Assembly: GCA_964514585.1 (NCBI GenBank)
Contig: CAZETU010000010.1
Span: 1-11,589, forward strand
Direction of reading: 5' to 3'
From: Candidatus Woesearchaeota archaeon
GTDB lineage: Archaea > Nanobdellota > Nanobdellia > Pacearchaeales > GW2011-AR1
DNA length: 11,589 nucleotides
This document shows positions 6,470-11,589 of this stretch, in pieces (within the stretch, counting starts at the first letter, position 1; each line of letters opens with the position of its first letter). A program made the position numbers and the translations under genes. The notes under the pieces are model-generated. The model ran no database searches. It was not told where the DNA came from and was given only the letters and a program-made list of their open reading frames with translations.

Positions 6470-6834
6470 TTCTCAATTGCCTTACCTAAGGCATCAGCCG
6501 CCAAATTAGAACAATGTATTTTTATTGGGGGAAGCTGACCCAAAGCCTTAGCAACATCCTCATTAGTAATCTTCTTCGCCTCATCTAAACTCTTCCCCTT
6601 GGCTAACTCAGTCGCCATTGATGAAGTCGCAATCGCCGCAGCACACCCCATCGTCTGAAACTTAATATCCTCAATCTTATCACTTTCAATCCTCAACATT
6701 ATTTTCATAACATCCCCACAACTAGGATTCCCAACGGTCGCCTCAGCATCAGGATTTTTCATCTCACCCATATTTCGCGGATTCCGAAAATGATCCATCA
6801 CATTCTCATTATAATCAACATTACCGACCATCAT
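6457..6834 (-). CDS. iscU: Fe-S cluster scaffold protein IscU/NifU-N (MisU-type)
   Basis: DHFRNPRNMG, GNPSCGD, GCAAAIATSS, LPPIKIHCSNLA with three conserved Cys. SD AAGGAG upstream. Confidence 0.95.
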   Translation of the reverse strand: MMVGNVDYNENVMDHFRNPRNMGEMKNPDAEATVGNPSCGDVMKIMLRIESDKIEDIKFQTMGCAAAIATSSMATELAKGKSLDEAKKITNEDVAKALGQLPPIKIHCSNLAADALGKAIENYEK

Positions 6835-7030
6835 TCAACTCCTTCAATAACTCATCAACGTCAACACCATGAGCTCTAGCCCCATCCTCAATCGTCTCAA
6901 ACTGCGCCATCGGGCATCCACCACAAAACAAACCACGCGAAGCCAATTTCTCAGCAGCTCCTCTATCTAGCTCAATCAACTCAGCAAAAGTCATTTCCTT
7001 ACTAATCTTCGTTTTCAATTTCTTCACCAT
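6821..7030 (-). CDS. DUF1858 domain protein (redox-disulfide/CxxC type)
   Basis: ISKEMTFAELIE...GLFCGGCPMAQFETIEDGARAHGVDVDELLKELN. Confidence 0.85.
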   Translation of the reverse strand: MVKKLKTKISKEMTFAELIELDRGAAEKLASRGLFCGGCPMAQFETIEDGARAHGVDVDELLKELNDGR

Positions 7031-7211
7031 CGTAGTGTGATTTCTCGGCTTTACCCAAAGTCAAACCTTCATCTTCAAGTTCTTCCTCGCATTCAGATTC
7101 ATTCTTGAATTCGCAACCGAGTTCTTCAAACTTATCTTCCACTGGACTATTATCGTCAAGCTTCTTAGGTTCAAAATCATCGTCAAGCTCTTCAACTTTA
7201 TCTTCCATCAT
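7002..7211 (-). CDS. Highly acidic small hypothetical protein
   Basis: 30 of 69 residues are Asp/Glu, with two Cys. SD GGGGAGGT precedes the ATG inside the iscS 3' end, and the ORF overlaps both neighbours. Confidence 0.65.
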   Translation of the reverse strand: MMEDKVEELDDDFEPKKLDDNSPVEDKFEELGCEFKNESECEEELEDEGLTLGKAEKSHYDGEEIENED

Positions 7212-8355
7212 TAACCTCCCCCAAATTTAATTTAAACGGACTAATCTCACGAAGCTTCTGGACATGCTCCCCAATCTTTAGGGCAACATAATCACAATCC
7301 TCCTCATTAATTTCAGGACCCAAAGTCAACCTCAAGCTCCCATGAACATACAACTCTTCAACGCCAATCGCCTTCAAAACATGACTCTCACTAAGCTTAG
7401 TCGAAGCACAAGCCGATCCAGTCGAAACAAAAATCCCATCTTTATCCAACATCAACATCAAACTCTCACCCTCAATCCCATAAAACGAAACATTAACATT
7501 ATTGCAAACACGCCTCTCCGTCGACCCATTAATCCGAGCCCCAGGAATTTTTAACAAACCCCGAGCAATCTTATCCCTCATCTTTTCAACCCTCATCTTT
7601 TCAACCTTAACATCCAAAGCCGCAGCCAACCCAATAATCCCAGAAACGTTCTCAGTTCCGCTTCTAAGCCCATTCTCCTGACCACCACCAGTCAAAATAG
7701 GAGAAATCTTAACTCCCTTTTTTACATACAAAAAACCAACACCCTTAGGCGCATAAACCTTATGTCCAGAAACAGACATTAAGTCAATATTTTTCAAATC
7801 AAGTTTAATCTTCCCAAATCCCTGAACAGCGTCAGTATGAAAATAAACATCTCTTTTCTTGCAAATCTTAGCAATTTCCTCAACAGGCTGGACAGTCCCA
7901 ATCTCGTTATTAACATGCATCACAGAAACAACCAAAGTATCTTCACGAATCAAACTCTCAATATCCAAAATATCAACAACCCCTTGCTCATCAACCTTAA
8001 CATAATCAACCTTATACCCATCTTTCTCCAAGTCCCTACAAGTTTCCAAAATACTAGGATGCTCAATCACCGAAGTGATAATATGCTTCTTATCAGGATT
8101 AGTTTTAGCAAGACCTCTCAACGCCAAATTATTAGACTCAGTCCCACCACTAGTAAAAACAATCTCATCACTATTCCCTCCAACAAACTCAGCAATCTTC
8201 TCCCGAGCCTTTTTCACTTCTTCATTAGCCCGCCGACCAACAGAATGCTGACTTGACGCATTCCCATAATTATCTAAAAAAAACTCATTAACTTTTTTCG
8301 CAACCCCGTCGTCAACCTTCGTAGTCGCAGCATTATCCAAATAAATCCCTTTCAT
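7198..8355 (-). CDS. iscS: Cysteine desulfurase IscS/NifS (MisS-type)
   Basis: IYLDNAATT, GGTESNN, HTDAVQ, SGHK (PLP Lys) and STGSAC (catalytic Cys, group I). ATG at 8355 preferred over TTG at 8361. Confidence 0.96.
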   Translation of the reverse strand: MKGIYLDNAATTKVDDGVAKKVNEFFLDNYGNASSQHSVGRRANEEVKKAREKIAEFVGGNSDEIVFTSGGTESNNLALRGLAKTNPDKKHIITSVIEHPSILETCRDLEKDGYKVDYVKVDEQGVVDILDIESLIREDTLVVSVMHVNNEIGTVQPVEEIAKICKKRDVYFHTDAVQGFGKIKLDLKNIDLMSVSGHKVYAPKGVGFLYVKKGVKISPILTGGGQENGLRSGTENVSGIIGLAAALDVKVEKMRVEKMRDKIARGLLKIPGARINGSTERRVCNNVNVSFYGIEGESLMLMLDKDGIFVSTGSACASTKLSESHVLKAIGVEELYVHGSLRLTLGPEINEEDCDYVALKIGEHVQKLREISPFKLNLGEVNDGR

Positions 8356-8357
8356 TC

Positions 8358-8723
8358 TCAATACTTAGGCTCGCAGTTGCAATAACCAAGGACCTCCTTA
8401 TTATACTTCTTGCAAACATCACAACTACATTTACGATCCTTCATGAACTTCAAAATCCTCTGAACCTCCCCAATCGCAGCCTTAGGATTCTCAACCAAAA
8501 TCTTCGCCGACTTAGCAACTTCCTTCTTCGTTTCACTATTTAACTTAATCTTATTCGCCCTCTTATTAGACAAATACTGAGAAATCGCAGCCTTACTAAT
8601 TCCCAAAATACCCCCAGCCTTATCATAACTCATGCCATGTTTCTTAGTCAACAATTTAGCAAATTCCTTTCTAATCGCCGGTATAATATACCAGACTTCA
8701 ATTTCCTGTGGTAGTAAGTACAT
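8358..8723 (-). CDS. HTH transcriptional regulator with Cys-rich C-terminus
   Basis: LPQEIEVWYIIPAIRKEFAKLL...SYDKAGGILGISKAAISQYL is an archaeal XRE-like HTH. The tail is CSCDVC-x10-CNC. Confidence 0.85.
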   Translation of the reverse strand: MYLLPQEIEVWYIIPAIRKEFAKLLTKKHGMSYDKAGGILGISKAAISQYLSNKRANKIKLNSETKKEVAKSAKILVENPKAAIGEVQRILKFMKDRKCSCDVCKKYNKEVLGYCNCEPKY

Positions 8724-8751
8724 GTTAACTATAGTTAACTCTACTTTATAA
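8724..8751 (-). promoter_or_regulatory. Promoter and candidate operator of the Fe-S operon
   Basis: TATA box TTATAAAG (8751-8744). The perfect palindrome gttaactatagttaac (8724-8739) abuts the ATG at 8723. Confidence 0.7.
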
Positions 8752-8823
8752 GAATTTCGGAAACAGGGTTAACAAATTCAAATTTATAAAAAAGATCAAA
8801 AACACAAAAACACAATTCAATAT

Positions 8824-9519
8824 ATGCCTAAAAAAATAAACATAAATTTAATAACAAACCAACCAAAAGAAAATAAAATTCATGAGTATAATCTTAAAAT
8901 AGATAAACTTTTTTATTTAAAAAAATTTCAAAGCTACCCAGGGGTCTTATCCCCAAATTTAATTACGGCAAGACTATTGGCAAAATATCTTTATCGCAAT
9001 AATGAATTTTATTTAAACAAAACAGTAATCGACATGGGCTGTGGCTCTGGCATTCAAGGCATAACAACTGCACTAAATGGAGCAAAAGAGGTATTTTTTT
9101 CAGATATATCAAAGCCAGCAATAAAAAACACAATTGCAAACATAAAACAAAACAAACTTTCTAAAAAAACAAAAGTATTTCAAGGAAATCTTTTTGAAAA
9201 AATAAAAATTAAAGCAGATCTAATAATTTTTAACCATCCATTTTTTGAAGACAAGCTTCCTAAAAACACAATTTCAGCTTCATTGGCAGACTCAAATGGA
9301 GGACTAATTAATATTTTCTTAGAAAATGCAAAATCCCATTTAAAGAAAAATGCAAAAATAATAATGCCTTATGATTTTTGTGCGGGAAATAAAAACTGCC
9401 CAAAAACCCAAGGACAAAAACATGGTTATGAAGTAGCACTCCGTTCTAAGTATAAAATAGACTCAATAATAAAAAAAGGAAACTTTTCTTACAACTTAAT
9501 TTATGAATTAAAACTGTAA
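8824..9519 (+). CDS. Class I SAM-dependent methyltransferase, HemK/PrmC-like
   Basis: VIDMGCGSGIQG, FSDIS, FQGNLF and IFNHPFF (NPPF-like motif IV). Markedly AT-rich relative to its neighbours. Confidence 0.8.
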   Translation: MPKKININLITNQPKENKIHEYNLKIDKLFYLKKFQSYPGVLSPNLITARLLAKYLYRNNEFYLNKTVIDMGCGSGIQGITTALNGAKEVFFSDISKPAIKNTIANIKQNKLSKKTKVFQGNLFEKIKIKADLIIFNHPFFEDKLPKNTISASLADSNGGLINIFLENAKSHLKKNAKIIMPYDFCAGNKNCPKTQGQKHGYEVALRSKYKIDSIIKKGNFSYNLIYELKL

Positions 9520-9708
9520 CTAACTAACACTAATCGCCCCAACCGGACATCCTGCCGCAGCGTCGTTCTCACAAGTAATTTTTTCAACTTCAGATTTTTT
9601 AGCCTTAGCCTTCCCGCCCTTCATCTCAAAACCATTCGGACAAGTCGCAGCGCAAGCCCCACACCCGATACACTTATTTTGATCAACTGATATTTTATGT
9701 GCCATCAT
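9520..9708 (-). CDS. Monocluster [4Fe-4S]/[3Fe-4S] ferredoxin
   Basis: CIGCGACAATCP plus a distal C...CP (CENDAAAGCPVGAI). Perfect SD GGAGGTGA upstream. The start may be 9708 or 9705. Confidence 0.92.
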   Translation of the reverse strand: MMAHKISVDQNKCIGCGACAATCPNGFEMKGGKAKAKKSEVEKITCENDAAAGCPVGAISVS

Positions 9709-9907
9709 TCACCTCCCTATTTACTTCATCACTATAATCAACTTCCTCAACAGGATTCATCTCAACATACTCATTTTCAACAGACATCTCCTGAACAGCC
9801 ATCCCAGTAATCACACTCCCCGTAACATTCCCAGAAAGAACAGCCCACGCCAAAGCAATAATCACAAGAACACCAATCCCAATCGCAACCTTTCTCCCAA
9901 GACCCAT
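9695..9907 (-). CDS. Small membrane-anchored protein with TGxVI-type motif
   Basis: Basic N-terminus, a hydrophobic helix, then NVTGSVITGMAV and an acidic tail. Overlaps the ferredoxin start. Confidence 0.7.
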   Translation of the reverse strand: MGLGRKVAIGIGVLVIIALAWAVLSGNVTGSVITGMAVQEMSVENEYVEMNPVEEVDYSDEVNREVNDGT

Positions 9908-9928
9908 ACAAGAAATAAGTCCCCAACT

Positions 9929-9936
9929 TTTATAAA
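9929..9936. promoter_or_regulatory. Shared palindromic TATA box between divergent genes
   Basis: tttataaa lies 21 nt from the start codon at 9907 (-) and 21 nt from the start codon at 9958 (+). Confidence 0.6.
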
Positions 9937-9957
9937 CTTAACTTCCCTAAAAAATAT

Positions 9958-10506
9958 ATGATACTCTGGATAACAATCGCAATAGTCGCAGTCCTAGCAA
10001 TAGTCTTCTTCGTCTACTACAACAAATTTATAAGACTAACACATCAAATCAACAACTCGCTAGCCCAAATCGACGTCCAACTAAGAAAAAGGTCAGACCT
10101 AATTCCAAACTTACTAGCTTCAGTAAAGGGCTATATGAAACACGAAAAGGGAGTAATCAAAGAAGTAATCGAAGCAAGAAAAGCCCTAATCGGAGCACAA
10201 GGAGTCGAAGCAAAAATGAAAGCAGGTAATCAATTACAATCAGCCCTAAAGTCAATCTTCGCAATCGCAGAAGGATACCCAGACCTAAAAGCAAACACAA
10301 ACTTCCTGCAAATGCAACAAGAGCTCTCAGCAATAGAAGACAAAGTAGCCTACGCAAGACAATACTACAACGACGGCATAATGTCCTACAATGTCATAAC
10401 AACAGTAATCCCAGGAGTATGGTTCGCAAAACTCTACGGATTCAAGAAAAGAGATTATTTGAAAATTCCAGAAGCAGCAAAAGCAGTTCCAAAAATTGAA
10501 TTCTAA
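9958..10506 (+). CDS. lemA: LemA family protein
   Basis: N-terminal TM, then QIDVQLRKRSDLIPNL, VKGYMKHE, EGYPDLKANTNFLQMQQEL and ARQYYND. Confidence 0.95.
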   Translation: MILWITIAIVAVLAIVFFVYYNKFIRLTHQINNSLAQIDVQLRKRSDLIPNLLASVKGYMKHEKGVIKEVIEARKALIGAQGVEAKMKAGNQLQSALKSIFAIAEGYPDLKANTNFLQMQQELSAIEDKVAYARQYYNDGIMSYNVITTVIPGVWFAKLYGFKKRDYLKIPEAAKAVPKIEF

Positions 10507-10551
10507 AATTGTTTACGTTATCTATAAAAAGTCCAAGTGATTTACATAAAT

Positions 10552-11202
10552 ATGGAAAGTAGAACAATAGATGTTTGGGAACAAACCACAAAAAATCATC
10601 CAAAAGAATACGAAGAATATTTTGTAAAAGAAAAAGAATTCTTAAAAGAAAATCTATCTGAAAGTTCAGTTGCCCTAGATATTGGATGCGGAATCGGTAG
10701 AACAATAAAAGAATTAGCGCCTTTCATTAAAAGATTCGTTGGAATAGACAATGATAGAACGGCAATAGAGAGCTCAGAGAGAAACCTAAAGAATATTAAC
10801 AATGTAGAAGTATTTTTTGAGGACGCGGAGAACATGAATTTTAAAGATCAAACATTTAATATTATTTTCATTGGATTAACTTTTTGTAATTTCGCCGAAT
10901 CGAAAGAAAACATCCTTTCAGAAATTAGAAGAATTTTAAAAGATGATGGATATTTGATATTTAGCGTATTCAATGAAGACTCTTTGGGTGTCAGAAAAAA
11001 AACCTATAAAGAGTACAAAGGAGGATATACAGTATTAGATGAAGAAAAAGGTAAGGTAAGGTTTGATGCCGATGGAGGAATCTCCGAACAATTTTCCAGA
11101 GAAGAAATAATTGACATTCTTCACAAGGCAAAATTTAAAATTATAGAAATAAAAAAGGATTCACTATCTTATCTAATTAAAGCTAGGAAATCCAACTATT
11201 AA
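10552..11202 (+). CDS. Class I SAM-dependent methyltransferase (UbiE-like fold)
   Basis: ALDIGCGIGR, GIDND, EDAENMNF, EIRRILKDDG. ATG at 10552 lies about 21 nt downstream of ctataaaaa. Confidence 0.82.
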   Translation: MESRTIDVWEQTTKNHPKEYEEYFVKEKEFLKENLSESSVALDIGCGIGRTIKELAPFIKRFVGIDNDRTAIESSERNLKNINNVEVFFEDAENMNFKDQTFNIIFIGLTFCNFAESKENILSEIRRILKDDGYLIFSVFNEDSLGVRKKTYKEYKGGYTVLDEEKGKVRFDADGGISEQFSREEIIDILHKAKFKIIEIKKDSLSYLIKARKSNY

Positions 11203-11203
11203 C

Positions 11204-11589
11204 ATGCAACAACAACCAAGACTATCATTCCACGAAGAAATCCGAAAAAACAAAATCCAATCTTTCTTCCTAATCGGAATCGTCCTCATCGTCCTCCTAG
11301 CCCTAGTCTACACAATCGGCCTCGTATTAGGCGGCGACTATTTCTTCTTCATATTAATAGCAGGTACGTGTATCTCAATCCTATACGTAGTCGGCGGCTA
11401 CTACAAATCTGCAGACCTAGCCATTAAATCAGTCAACGCCAAAAAAGCCTCACTATCAGAATATAAACAATATCACGACATAGTTGAAGGACTCTGCCTT
11501 GCCTCAGGCCTTCCAAAACCAAAACTCTACATCATGGACAACAAACAAATCAACGCATTCGCCTCAGGCCGAGACCCACAGCACGCAGT
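11204..11589 (+). CDS. htpX: HtpX-like M48 zinc metalloprotease (N-terminal part, truncated by window edge)
   Basis: My translation: MQQQPRLSFHEEIRKNKIQSFFL, two TM helices, then YHDIVEGLCLASGLPKPKLYIMDNKQINAFASGRDPQHA. This is the HtpX N-terminal pattern, and the gene lies near lemA. It is absent from the ORF track because there is no stop codon in the window. Confidence 0.9.
   Translation, partial: MQQQPRLSFHEEIRKNKIQSFFLIGIVLIVLLALVYTIGLVLGGDYFFFILIAGTCISILYVVGGYYKSADLAIKSVNAKKASLSEYKQYHDIVEGLCLASGLPKPKLYIMDNKQINAFASGRDPQHA

Noticed and set aside
7342-8256. Plus-strand ORFs 7342-7554 and 7837-8256
   Set aside because: Antisense shadows of iscS with Asn/Ile/Leu-biased composition.
4318-8775. 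Shared short words gaatttcggaa and gttaacaaa in the tRNA insertion and the Fe-S promoter region
   Set aside because: Matches of 9-11 nt are expected by chance in an AT-rich 11.6-kb window, and their spacing differs.
8824-9519. Restriction-modification system
   Set aside because: No endonuclease or specificity subunit nearby, and the length and motifs fit HemK-like enzymes better.
10157-10835. Minus-strand ORFs 10157-10357, 10442-10705 and 10596-10835
   Set aside because: Antisense to lemA and the methyltransferase, Leu/Phe-rich artefacts.
419-11589. In-window DGR variable repeat
   Set aside because: I looked for adenine-variant copies of the 419-450 motif and found only short unrelated matches such as gcctgcctc within ychF.

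Overview
Compact, gene-dense archaeal chromosome segment, most consistent with a DPANN lineage (Pacearchaeota/Woesearchaeota-like). That placement is inferred from TATA boxes about 21-25 nt upstream of start codons, GGAGG(TGA) Shine-Dalgarno sites, an archaeal-type YchF, a BHB-intron tRNA and a TGxVI membrane-protein motif. From left to right the window holds: the 3' end of a DGR-type reverse transcriptase and a short non-coding stretch; an EgtD-like methyltransferase; a MazG-like protein; a hypothetical protein; ychF; a small Zn-finger membrane protein; an intron-containing tRNA-Ile(UAU); a promoter-bearing duplicate of that tRNA's 5' half carrying a 73-nt all-hairpin insertion and lacking the 3' exon; a DUF167/metallopeptidase/DUF192 operon; a very basic small chromatin-like protein; an HD protein; a minus-strand Fe-S assembly operon (Cys-tailed HTH regulator, IscS, acidic peptide, DUF1858, IscU) with a perfect 16-bp palindrome at its promoter; a HemK-like methyltransferase; a ferredoxin; a small membrane protein; lemA; another methyltransferase; and the start of htpX. 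The most unusual items are the tRNA-Ile(UAU) half-duplication, the apparently autoregulated minimal Fe-S operon with uncharacterised accessory genes, and the DGR RT. No database searches could be run, so family calls rest on recognised motifs.
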